From: Cetorhinus maximus
Taxonomy: Eukaryota
Length of the DNA stretch: 64,000 nt
Reading direction: 5' to 3'
NCBI RefSeq assembly: GCF_964194155.1
Contig: NC_135903.1
Span: forward strand, 18,600,001 to 18,664,000
Positions 22,117 through 34,499 of the stretch are shown in pieces. Both the position numbers and the translations under genes were made by a program. Every line of letters begins with the position of its first letter. The first letter of the stretch is position 1. The notes below the pieces were generated by a model, which had not been told where the DNA came from, ran no database searches, and saw nothing but the letters and a program-made list of their open reading frames with translations.

Positions 22117-25100
22117 ATGGGTGTAAAGATTGTATCCATAAATGTGCGTAGCATTAAATCTACTACGCGATGTGTTGCGACCTTGGACTACCTTGCCAAG
22201 GTCAAAGCTGACCTGTTGTTTCTGCAGGAGTGTGCGATACCGCACCTCAGCTCCTACAGGCAATGGTCACGATGGTGGTCCCACGGGCCATCGATCTGGT
22301 CGGGCAGAAACGACTCTCATTCCTCCGGCCTGGGTATTCTGCTGCGGGGAGGCAACTTCACTGTCTCCGAGGTTAAGGAGGTGGTGGGCAGGCGCCTCCT
22401 TGTAGCAGATGTAATGTACAAGAATGCACCACTCCGGTTAATTAACGTGGACGCCCCGGCACAAAGGGTGAGCGGCTGGCGGTTTTTCAGCAGCTCCCAC
22501 TGCTGCTGGCGACCTCCAGGCCGGTCATTCTGGGCGATGATGTCAACTGCATCATCGATGCGGCTGGATGATCCGGTAGGGCCGACAGCAGATTGGACGC
22601 TACGTCCAGATCCCTGACGGAAACAGTTAAGGATGCCGAGCTGCACGATGTCTTCAGCAACCCTGCAGATGGAGCGCAGCATAGATACACCTGGTCGCGG
22701 CCAGACGGGTCCAACCATTCCAGGATAGACTTCCTGTTTGTGTCCTGAGCGTTCGCAGTCAGATCCACCAACGTCAAGCCGGTGTTCTTCTCTGACCACT
22801 GCCTCCTGTTGGCTGACTGTCACTTAGAGAAGGACCAGAGGTTGGCAGGGGGGCATGGAAGCTAAATATGCAACTGCTGACCCCAGAGAACATTGAGGAG
22901 CTCAAGAGGGATTACAAAGGTTGGAGAACCGTGAAACCCCTCTTTGAGTACCTGACACACTGGTGGGAAGTGATCAAAGGAAACAGCAAGAGGTTTTTCA
23001 TCCTCAAAGGCGTCCAGAAAGCTAAAAATGAACAGAGGGAAATGTCCCGACTCCAGAAAAACATGCAGAATCTGCTCCGGCGGCAGTCGATGGGGGTCGA
23101 TGTCAAGGAGGAACTCCTAGAGGTGAAGAGCCAGCAAGCCTCGCTCTTTGCCTCAGAGGCCTCCAAGATCATCTTCCGTTCCAGAGTCCGCTCCGTGGAG
23201 CAGGATGAGACGTGCTCACGTTTCTTCTTCCAAAAGGTACACAGAGAGAGCTCTGTGATCAGCAGCCTGAAGGAAGAAGACGGCTCAGTAAAGTCATCGC
23301 AGTCTGACATTTTGAGGATCAGCAAATCCTTTTATGCCGGATTGTATGACGTGAAGCCCACAGACAGCACGGTCTCCCAGTCCTTCCTGTCCTCTATCAC
23401 GGAGGTCTTAGACGACAGTACACGGGAGAGCTTGGACAAACTGCTAACTCCTGACGAACTGACTAAGGCCCTTGAGTCCTTAGAGAAGAGTAAAACTCCC
23501 GGAAGCAACGGCTTGCCGGCGGAGTTGTATTCGGCTCTGTGGGACTGGATCGGCCCAGACCTGCTAGGGGTGTACGAGAGTATGCTCCTGGCCGGCAGCA
23601 TGTCAGAATCCATGAGGAAAGACATCATCACCCTCATCTACAAGCACAAGGGGGAAAGGGAGGAAATTAGAAATTGGTGACCCATTTCACTGTTGAATGT
23701 GGACTATAAGATTCTGTCCAAGGTCATCACCAATCGGATCAAGTCTGCTCTGGAGTTGGTGATCCACTCTGACCAGACCTGCACTGTGCCGGGCAGGAAG
23801 ATCTCTGACAGCCTCGCGCTACTCAGGGATACGATTGCCTATGTACAGGACAGGGGTGTGGACACCTGCCTCATCAGCCTGGATCAGGAGAAGGCCTTTG
23901 ACAGAATATCGCACACCTACATGGTGGATGTGCTCTCCAAAATGGGATTTGGAGTGGGAATTCGCAATTGGATCCAACTGCTCTACACTAACATCAGTAG
24001 CGCAGTCTCAATCAATGGGTGGGAATCAGATAGCTTTCCTATTAAATCTGGAGTCAGGCAGGGCTGCCCTCTCTCCCCTGTCCTGTTTGTGTGTTGCATA
24101 GAACCCTTTGCTGAGTCCATCAGGAGGGATCCGGGCATAAGAGGAGTGAAGATCCCAGGCAGTGGAGACACTCAGGTCAAAGCCTCCCTGTACATGGACG
24201 ATGTCGCCATCTTCTGCTCGGATCTGCTATCAGTGCGCAGACTGATCCACATCTGCAACCAGTTCAAACTGGCCTCGGGAGCCAAGGTAAATCATGGGAA
24301 GAGCGAGGCCATGTTCTTTGGGAACTGGGCTGACTGATCCTTTGTCCCCTTCACCATCAGGGCTGACGGCCTGAAGGTGCTGGGGATATGGTTCGGAGGG
24401 ACCGGGGCACGTGTTAGAAACTGGAAGGAGCGAGTGTCTATGGTGCAAAGAAAACTGGGCATGTGGGAGCGACGCTCCCTCTCCATTGCGGGTAAGAACC
24501 TGGTCATCAGATGTGAGGCACTCTCACTGTTACTGTACGTGGCGCAGGTCTGGCCCATTCCAGACTCCTGCGCGATGGCGATCACCCGAGCCATCTTTCG
24601 CTTTATCTGGAGGTCGAAAATGGATCGTGTCCGCAGGGACGTGATGTACAAGCCTCTAGATAAAAGGGGAAAAAACTTGCCCAACATCGCCCTCAATCTG
24701 ATGGTCACCTTTGTGTGCGGCTGCAGCAAGCTGTGTTTAGACCCTCGGTACGCAAACACCGAGTGTCACTACGTGCTGAGGTTCTACCTGTCCCCGGTGT
24801 TGCGAAGGATGGGTCTGGCCACGCTGCCGCGGAACGCTCCAAGTAGTTGGACTGTGCCGTACCACCTGTCCCTCATGGAAAAATTTATGCAGAGAAACAC
24901 CTTTGACCACAAGTCCATCAGGCAGTGGTCGGCACGTAACGTCTTAGAGGCCCTGCGGGAAAAGGAGAGGGTGGATCCTGTGGGATGGTTCCCCGAGCAG
25001 ACTGTCAAAGTCATTTGGCAGAATGCCTCATCGCCAGAACTTTCCAACAAGCACCAAGACATAGCTTGGCCGGTGGTGAGAAAGGCCCTCCCCATCAGAT

Positions 25101-25521
25101 CCTTCCAACACGCCAGGAGTCTCACCCCCTCTGCACGTTGCCCTCGAGGTGGCTGTGGTGGGGACGAGACCGTTGTTCACCTCCTTGTAGATTGCGCTTT
25201 TGCAAAGAAGGTCTGGAGAGAGATGCAGTGGTTACTGTCGAGGTTCATCCCGAGCAGTTCTGTGACACAGGACTCTGTGCTCTACGGGCTGTTCCCAGGG
25301 AGACACACCGAGACAAACATCAACTGCAGCTGGAGGATCATCAACTCAGTGAAAGACGCTCTTTGGTCTGCCTGAAACTTGTTGGTCTTCCAGTGCAAAG
25401 AGTTGTCCCCGACCGAGTGTTGCAGACTGGCACATTCCAAGGTCCAGGACTACATGCTGAGGGACACACTAAGCTTGGGGCAGCCACCGCAAAGGCGCAA
25501 TGGGGAAAGGTTGTTGTCTAA
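22117..25521 (+). pseudogene. Tx1 ORF2 (APE endonuclease, reverse transcriptase, C-terminal zinc-binding domain), disabled
   Basis: SINVRSI, DLLFLQE, SRIDF, FSDH, PISLLNVDYKILSK, LDQEKAFDRI, GVRQGCPLSP, YMDD (24191), CPRGGCGGDETVVHLLVDC. In-frame TGA stops at ~22746, 23678, 24335 and 25373, plus frameshifts. Confidence 0.95.
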
Positions 25522-25859
25522 GACCTTTCTGCCATAGTGCACCGAGGGGCTGGGAATTGTTTAGAGCCCCTCAGGCTGTACAGCTCAAAATATGCATTGA
25601 ATACTAGTTGTATTATAATTTTATTGAAGCACCTCAGAGTGCAACATGATGTCTGTTGATAACTCCAATCCCATTGTCTGATTGTCTGCATTGACCATAT
25701 TGAAATGATTGTAATATTCATTGATTGTATTGATGCACCTCATGATCCATGTGTAAAAGTTGAATCTGATTGTACTTTTGTGATGGTGATTTTGAAATGT
25801 TTTGTGATGTTTTTCCAGATCTTTTATGAATAAAGTATATTTTTCAAAAAAATATATAT

Positions 25860-25970
25860 ATATATTCACGGAGCTGATCTGTGGACTCACTTAGTGAATA
25901 TGCTGCCCAAAGTAGGGCTGAGCCATGTAGACCAGAGAGCCCCAAAGTTCAATCCTTGGATTTTACTAAG
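25860..25970 (+). repeat. 111-bp direct repeat, copy 2; continues into a degenerate tRNA-type SINE
   Basis: Matches 20281-20391 and contains B-box-like GTTCAATCC. Confidence 0.93.
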
Positions 25971-26289
25971 TTAGTTGATCTGGGAAGTTGGTTGGGACAT
26001 TGTTGGGAGTGCTCCAATTGGACTCGGGATGGTCCTTGACTAGGAAAGGGAAAAATCAGTCATACATTTTATCCCTTATTGTTACTCGGTGATTGTGAAT
26101 GGACATATTGAATATATCTCCATGCAGTCTATCAAATCTGACTCATCAGACATAGTGGAACCAAGGTCCCATCCCCATAATCACACAAGTAAGACTAGTT
26201 TGGTGAAAAACTAACAATTATTTGAAGCGTGTCATTTAATAACAATCCATTTTTGAGATGGTCATGACACTCAGCCCAGTTTTCGTTTC

Positions 26290-26395
26290 CAGTGTCATTG
26301 GTAACACTTTTGCTTTTGAATCCGGAGGGTAAGTCAAGCCCAACTCCAGAACTTGAGCACACGATCTAGGCTGAGATCTCGGTGCTGCACATTGT
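26290..26395 (+). mobile_element. DeuSINE (SacSINE1-like) head fragment
   Basis: ACTCCAGAACTTGAGCAC..GATCTAGGCTGA, similar to 41673-41755. Confidence 0.55.
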
Positions 26396-29300
26396 CACAA
26401 TCGCTGTCTCACATTAAAGTGTGTGTTGACACTGCTGCTGAAATGGCCGGTGATATTTAAGGTGGCTGTTGACACCGCTCTGCACATGCGCAGTGGTATG
26501 CAGAGTGCAATTGCTGACATCATTCCGAAACGTCCAGGGTGAAAAACTGCCAGCATTGAGTTCCACATGCTCATATGACGTACATTGTGCATCATCGGCA
26601 GAGCGTGAAGTCAGATGCCTTATCCATTAGGTGATTCAAAAGTGGCCGTGTGGCCTAATAGATAACGCCCTTGACTTTGGTATAAATTATGCTGTTATCA
26701 GAGGATTGTAGACTTGAGTCCTGCCGCGGACATTTTGCCAAGATATCTGGTTCAGCTCCATTAAACCAAACCACGTTCCCACTCATGAGCTGAATGTGCT
26801 GATTTTCCTGCCAAACATTGCGGGGCTCTTCGGTAAAATTGTACAGCATTTTCTTGCTGTTTTTGTGCATTTTTTTGTTCTCATTCATCTTTGTACTTTG
26901 TTTAGTTTTTAACCAATGAACAAAATCTAATTCATCCCAATAAATTATTCATTATTAGGATGTCAGCTTTATAAGAGTTGGTAGCACTCTCACTTTCCTG
27001 TCACAAAAACAGACTGTCTTGTGTGAACGCGGTGCTATTTGCATTTCTCGACCGTGAACAATTGAGCAGTGACATCTTTCTTACCGGCAGCTGCCTGAAC
27101 TGTCGCTGGCAGTGGCATTTCACTCAAACACACTGCATCTGTGCATCTGCGAGCCGTGCGCTGCCAAGTGGTTGTGTCGCGTTGCATTGGCGTCAGCACA
27201 GCCTTTAAACAAAGCCCAGTCTGCCTGCTGAGGTGGGTTTCAAGGATATCATGGCACTGTCAGAAGAAGACCAGCAAGATCCCCCCAGTTTCCTGGTCAA
27301 TATTCCAGGCATGTCCAGCACCACCAAAAAAAAACTGGTCTTTCTTTTCTTTGTTTGTGGGATCATTTAGCGTGTGAATTTAGCGGCCACATGACTTGCA
27401 CTTAATTGGTAGGTTGTGAAGTGTTTGTAAGATACATCATACTTGCACATTCTTTCTTTAATGCTTTGCCATTCCTCAGACACCTGATGTAAAATGGGGA
27501 AAGCCCTTGATTTTCTACTCTAAATTGGGGAATACAGATGAGGAAAACTTGAGTCTATGGTCTAAAAAATTGCCTGAGGGGCTTAATGAGTGATACTGTG
27601 GGATGGTTATAAACTGGTGTTATTGACCGGCGAGCTATCTTCTCCTCTAGAGTGCTAGCATCCTCTGGCAGTTAGCTCCAGCTTCTATGTAGCTGGATCT
27701 AAGTCTACTGATTAATTTCATTGTAATTGCATAATAATCACTTTGAGTTGCACAGGAATTCTTCGAACAATGAGCTGGCACAGAGACTCTGGGCCAAATG
27801 GCCTCCTCCTGTGCTGTAAACTCCTATGCTTCTCTGGAATTCCCAACGGTAACATTATTCCCTCTTAATGCATGATGTACTGCAGGGAAATAATTGCATT
27901 TTTACACACTGGGGACGCAAAACAGATAAGACACAGCTCCCTGTGCTGAGCCCAGCTATGTTGGTCCCAAACATGGAGGGCAACCATCTACTACACAAAT
28001 CCCATTTCCTGCATCAGACATTTTTGTGGTCTTTGCGTGGGGTTCAAAATTAAGGGGAGTCCTGTGCTATAGGCACAGGCTCAGCAGAAGCTTGTTTGAT
28101 AATATCCAAACCCATTTTATACAGAACCTTTACGGCCAATAAGAAGGGAGACATTGAAAGAATGGGTGATGGTTTTGGATGACAGCGTACGGCAAGTGGC
28201 ACTATTTCAGCCGCCCACCGTGCGTCACTCTCGATTTTCAATTTCCATTGGCTTCAAGCAGGAGCAACTAAGTTGCTGTTGCCCACTTTACATTGCTGCT
28301 CAAAGCCACAATTAACCCCCAGGTCTGGGATAGATTTTAACCGGAGTCATAGGCTAAAGGTCTTAACATGGACATCGTGAGTCGATTTAATCTTTCACAC
28401 TTTCTTTCCCAGCAACTGTAGTTGTGGAAACACAGTCGGCGTGTGCTGTGCATAATGATGGGCACACGATGGATTAATGATTGCCGTACAATCTCACAAA
28501 ATTTATATAGTTGTAATTGACTATCACATACCAGATATATTCAAAATACTTTATGTGATTTATGTTGTAATAAGAGAATGACTTTCACACAGCGATCTAT
28601 CAGGATAACATCTCTTTATTCAAACATTTTTAATTTTAAAAATTTTTTAGGTGTTAATTTTGGGGCTCACCCTCTGCACAGATTTATTTATTTCTCTCAC
28701 ACACTCTGCAACAAAAGCCCAGAATATTAGATCTATATAATGTGTGATAGGAATCTAATCTTCTCTGGGTTAGAGAGATTTTTTCTAATAAATGCTGGCA
28801 GCTAGGATTCAATTTCAGGCCCCAAATGACTTTCAAAAAAATATATAAGTGTGCTCTCTGTGTCTCACCTTTGACCTTCACCAAGCATCTGCTTTCAACA
28901 TTAGCCTGACCTGATCAGTTGTATTGTGTACGTTGATACAATGATACCGTGTCACTGCCCTGCTATATCCTCAGCCTTTGACCTTTGACAGATCCCATAG
29001 CGCCTGTAGCAATCTGCCTGGGATTCACTTGATCAGCACTCTGGCTGAAATAGCCTTCTGTTAATTTTATATAGTTTCAGAGATCTAGTGAAGAGGGTTC
29101 TCCGTAACTCATGTGTACAGTTGAAGGTTCCACGGATTGAATGAAAAGATATAAAAAATTTTAAAAAACATTTGATGATATCTCACCATGTTTGCTGCAC
29201 TTCAAATAAGTATCATGAGCTTTTCTCTCTCTCTCTCTCTCTCCCAAAAACAACTAGGAGGAGTGCAATGTTAACAAAATTTTGGCCTCACATCACTACA

Positions 29301-30699
29301 TGGTGACTGCATGTGTCCCTCAATTTTACGCGGATATGGTGGGGATATGAAAGTGGGGTTCATGCATTTATTCTGGAGGAGGCTCGGTTATTACGTAATG
29401 AATAGAAGGTTTAAAGAAAGCAAAAGAACTTGTAATTATGTAGCACCTTCTGTGTCCCGAAGCAATTTACAACCAATTAAGCACAAAAAGGCAGGGGAGG
29501 GGTGGGGTGGAGTTTGATAGGTAGGACCTATAAACCCTGTAATTTGTTTAATAAATTGTGACTTTGCCTCCAATTATTTGCCATCTGCTGTTCTTTGCTT
29601 TGGGTCAATAGATAATTGAATCCTGAGGGGCACTGTACAGTAGGTGTACACGTGTAACACGTGTGAGATTAAACACCTCTTGTAGTAACTATATACATAT
29701 TTCATACCATTCATAGAACGCTACTCTGATTATACGTTCAATTTCAGAACCTTTTGTTTAAGCACCAGCTGAAGTGACAAAACTAATAAAGTTGTTCTCA
29801 TGGATTTGGATGCCTCTATTTCTGTTCTAAGGCTGGTCTGAAGTCATAGGTTTCACTCTATGGAGTACGGAACCTTTCCAGGAAATTTCACGGGGTGGGA
29901 GGTTGCAATAGAGTTCCCACCTTGTAGGCAATCAGCGAAATGGGTGAAAATTGAGCCCAAAATTGCCTGAATTTTGAAAAGTGTTTCTTCACTCAAGTTT
30001 CCAATTATACACATTTGCACACCAGTGCCATCAAAGTGTTTTAGAATGTAATTTTAAAAAAAAATCTACTTCAAAATGTATTCCTTGATTTTTTTAAGAG
30101 TGGTAACTCAGTGCAGTTTGAGTAATCCAGCTGAAAATGGGTTTATCACAAAAAATAGGGGTATAAAATTTAGATCGTTAGCACTGCTGGAGGCAGAGCT
30201 ACAGGGAGTTGAAGGCCCTCTGAGTAGGATGCAATGTACCTCCAGCCAAATTCCAGTGCAGCCAATACAATGCCACATGCTGAGAGGGGATTCTCATACA
30301 GGTTTCTTTCTTTGTGCACCAGAAGCCTCTTAACATGACATCACTCAGCCTTGATTTGATGTTATATATTCAAAGTTGGACTGTGAAGACCTATACAACG
30401 TATTCACTTGCCAATCACCAAAGAATATACATTCAGTATGTCAAGAGAGGCCCAGCACTAGTGTTAAACAGTGAGTTGCATGCAATGTGCTTTTGGCTGA
30501 CTTTATGGAGGTTCTGAGTTGTTTTCGTGCAGATGTTTTTTGAGAACTGGTGCCTTAAAATCAGGGAGGAGCCAGGAATTGCTACCAAGATATTCGGGGC
30601 TGTGGTTGCAGTGTCTCTTGGTCTGCAACATGAACATGAGGCAGAGCACAGGCAGCAAAGAGGGGAAGCTTTGCGAAATAGGGTGAGGATACAGAAAAC

Positions 30700-31130
30700 T
30701 CTATACACCAAGGGATTTTTGGGGCCACTTCTCCCTCAGGTTCAAGGGAGATGATCACCGAACTGACAGAGGCCGTGAAGATCACCACTGTCTTGATATG
30801 TGTCCGGGTCCTTCCAGGCAGGGGTGGGAGCCATCTCCAACATTTTCCAATTCAGTGGGGCAATCGAGAGGAAATGGAGGCCACCTACTCCAGGCAAGAA
30901 GAGTACATTATCTTCTCACTCAGGAGGGACAAGCAAGATGAAAGGTCACATGGCTTCACCAGAATAACAGGATTCACAATGGAGCAGTGCACCATCGGCT
31001 CCACACATGTGTCTCTGTGTGTCCCCCATAACCATGGGTGGAGGGTACAAGAGCAGCAAAGGATTTCATTCCATAATCGTGCAGTTGGTTTGTGACCGTT
31101 GACATGTTTGTACTTTCACCAACTTTGTGG
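30700..31130 (+). pseudogene. Highly degraded Harbinger transposase
   Basis: Fragments AVKITTVL, GSFQA, TIGSTHVSL and KGFHSIIVQLVCD. Confidence 0.7.
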
Positions 31131-31573
31131 ACTCAAATATCTTGATCTGAAGGGAGTCTAAGTAATGTCCAATGCTATTAGATTCCCAACTAAGCCAAAG
31201 TTTATTTCAATGTTCACATAAATCCTGCAAGTTGGAACCAAAAACACTGCCAATAGAAGCTTCTTGCATGGACTCACATAAGACATTATGGAGCGTGGGC
31301 GCTTCCAAATTCCAGTATTTTAAAATGTTTCATATTTCCTTACGGGTAAAGGCCACATGTGTCCAGTGGGAACATCTGTAGGCCAGAAGGACCTTTTCCA
31401 ATTGACTTGCAACAGGGAGAGTATCCTTGAAATTACGCAACTGGGGGGAAGGTGGAGGGGGCAGGGGGGGGGGGGGGGGGGCGCGCGGGGGGTGGAGGGG
31501 GTGGGGGGTTGGGGGGGGGGGTGAGTGGTGCTTACAAGCGAGCAGAGAGATGTGGGCCTGCAGCTTCCCCCAA

Positions 31574-31576
<3 letters not shown>

Positions 31577-31607
<31 letters not shown>
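31577..31607 (+). repeat. (CA)n microsatellite; G-rich tract at 31444-31521
   Basis: Directly visible. Confidence 0.95.
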
Positions 31608-31609
<2 letters not shown>

Positions 31610-32614
31610 ATCTGTGCAATTTAGCCACTCACTACTTTAACTAACTGTCTAACATAAAATAGTTCATTATTGAGAGACTTTTCGACCTAGCCTAAAAACA
31701 TCTTGAATGCCTCAATCTGACATATTAACATCTTTTAACGTTTTACTGGGTACTCCCCTCTGCTGGAACTCGACCTCCCTGATATTCCAGGGCAAACTGA
31801 TGATAAATTGATTTTTTTAAAAGGAAGCACAAAGACAAAGTGCAGCATCTGCAGTAATGACAGCTCAGGTCAGATCAATGAAATAAATTGTCCTGATGGA
31901 TTTATGGCTGGTCTGCTTCTGGAGTAGCTTTTTAATCCAGTCAAGTAAAACATCAGTTAACCGGGGAGAATAGAACGGCTATTAAATCTTGGATCACCAT
32001 CTGACATTTCTTGGTAGCAATTTGTTAAACACAGGCGCCAGGATCTGAACAGATTGTCTTGTTCTACTTCACCTGGTTTTAACTCCAGTTTTATTTTACC
32101 CTGCAATGCCAAGCAGCTGATGAACGCTTCCAGTACCTGATGGACACTGTGCATCCCTATTCCATGGTCACCCGAACACGTACATGTCAAGGGTACATTT
32201 GATACCTCGTGGATTTGAGCTTCAGGTTAATGATTTTTTTTGTCAACTAGCCTAGTGAAGGTTTGAGGTTCACAATGCAGGACATCACAAACACTGAAAA
32301 GGGAAAAAGAGAAAAGGAGGTAAAGCAATAAGCAGTAATTATCTGATGACCAGCTTGGGCTTCAGGAAACCCAAAGTGATCCAAATGTGATTATTGGACT
32401 AATGCAGGTTCAAATGTGAACCTGAATGAAGATGAGTGCTGGTATCAGACCTGCTGGATTCTCTCCCAAACATTCTGATAGACAACCTTAGGACATTTGG
32501 AGTAGGCACAAACACTCCCTCCTCTATCAACTGCAAGTCACAAAGTTGGTTTGGGTTACTTTTGTGTATCTCTGAGGAAGGGTTGCAAAGTTAGAGACCA
32601 AGAAATTTAGGCTT

Positions 32615-33240
32615 TTGTCATGTGGCTATCCCTGGCAACAGGCACTGCAATACCATAAACAGGAAAAGCTACCGCTTACTCAATGTACAGCTGGTCTGTG
32701 ACCATGGGAAACTTATCACGCAGGTTTGTGCCAGATTCCCAGGAAGCATCCACGATCCATACATCTTGAGTAGATTGCAGATCCCCAACATCTTCAAGGG
32801 ACCACACAGGATCCAGGGCTGGCTCCTTGGTGTCAAGGGATACCTGCAAAGGCTGATGACACCCGTGTGGCAGCCACAGAATCCTGTTACTACCCAAACA
32901 TTGCTGGAGCACACTGAGGTATCTTAAAGTCGCACTTCCGATACCTGGTCAGATCTGATGGACCACACCAGTACAGTCCCCAGAGGGTCTCATGGATCAT
33001 TGTGGCTTGCTGTGCGCTACACAACCTGGCATTGCAAAGAGGAGATTACTTGCCAGGTGCCGACATGGAGGAGCTGCACATCTCCGATGAGGAGGGCATT
33101 GAAGGGGATGAGGGCATTGAGTTCAAGGAAGCCGAGGCTGCAGCGGAAGAGGCCATAACATAGGGCAGACCAGGCAGGCATGCGTATGAGGCTCTCATAG
33201 CCATCATATCCAATGAGGAGGATGACAAGTTGCAGTGAGT
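32615..33240 (+). pseudogene. Harbinger transposase remnant (DDE core and C-terminus)
   Basis: HVAI..NRKSYRLLNVQLVCDH...VCARFPGSIHD.YIL...GWLLGVKGY...LMTPV, then ACCALHNLALQRG. Confidence 0.9.
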
Positions 33241-34499
33241 ACCCTCTTGAACAAGCGCCCTCCATCATGGGCCAACATGAACGCCAGGGTTGCAATTCCT
33301 CTCATTTCACCCATGCACTTCAACATGAGAGTGAATAGTTACACATCAGGCTCACATTGTTCTGATCCTCTGAGGGATGATGAAGCCTCGAGAACAGGTG
33401 TCCTTGCTGAGATGAGGTGCTAACTGGAGGAAGGAGTCCCGGCATCAGACGACAGGGGGTGCAGCGTCTTCAAGATTCTTTCCAGCATCCCAATCGCAAT
33501 GGCAGCCTACAAGAGCCAGGAGCTGTTCCACAATCCTCAGTGGGCTCGAAGTTGTATTCCCTCAAACTGACAAAGCTCCCCAAGGAATTCCATCTCCAGC
33601 AATGGGACAAGGCATTCTGTGTAATGTCGACGGTGAAACTGATCGGTGACACTTGGGCCAAGGCAGCCGAGGACATTGCGCAGGTCTGTATCTAACCAGA
33701 GATGACTCAATCCTCTGTGTCACCTCCTTCTCTATCACATTAACGTGCGGCACTCTCAGTTAGGGATGCTGGCCTGCTTTTATCCTCACCTTACTCTGCA
33801 TGTGGACCACCTGATGATGACGACATTTAACCACTTGCATGCCAGGCAGTAAAATGCCTCCTCTTTAAGACACACATTGTGCCCTCATGGCAGCCTTGGT
33901 CCCTGCAAACTCCAAAATGCTCAGACACCATGAAGCCCTCAAGGTGACGAGTTGCTGCTAGTAAAGAGCAGACTTCAGCTTCAGTACATCCTCACTCCTA
34001 TCCTATTCTTCCCCTCACCATTTTCTAAATCTACAATGTGCGCTTCCAGAGCTTGTGCTCTGTTGGCAGCCAAAAATCACCATTTGCAATCAACATCACA
34101 TGTCTCTGGTGAGTTCTTAGGTGATGGGATGCACAGCACAGCATCCCAACTATATTGTGGCCAATTAGACAATTACAGGTGGAGAAACGCACAACGTTGT
34201 AGGTTCGAGCAACAGGGCAATAATGTGGCTAAGAGGGACAGAGCTTCAGCACCTTGAGGTTGCAAGGTGCTCCCACTCATTGGTGAGCTTGGCAGATGCA
34301 CACTTGGAAAGTTGGGAACTTGGTTGGCAGAGTGGAGCGCACACGAGCTCTGAGCTTTGGCTCATAGCATGAAAATGACACAGAAGTGGAAAACTAGCAC
34401 TGATGCATCTCCATAAACTTTTGTGTCTCTGCTGGAAGGAAAGATTTGTGCCTCAAGATAAAATATTTGCAACAATCACTGAGGCATCTCCTTGTTAAG

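Larger units (their letters stand above)
20392..25852 (+). mobile_element. Full-length Tx1-clade non-LTR retrotransposon, Keno-like (U2-associated), inactive
   Basis: ORF1 with CCHC knuckles; ORF2 with APE endonuclease, RT and zinc-binding domain; AATAAA at 25829; short poly(A) at 25846-25852; U2 head; flanking duplication. Confidence 0.95.

Noticed and set aside
20281-25970. LTR retrotransposon (direct repeats as LTRs)
   Set aside because: The interior is an APE-RT non-LTR element with a poly(A) tail, the repeats lack TG..CA ends, and there is no integrase or protease.
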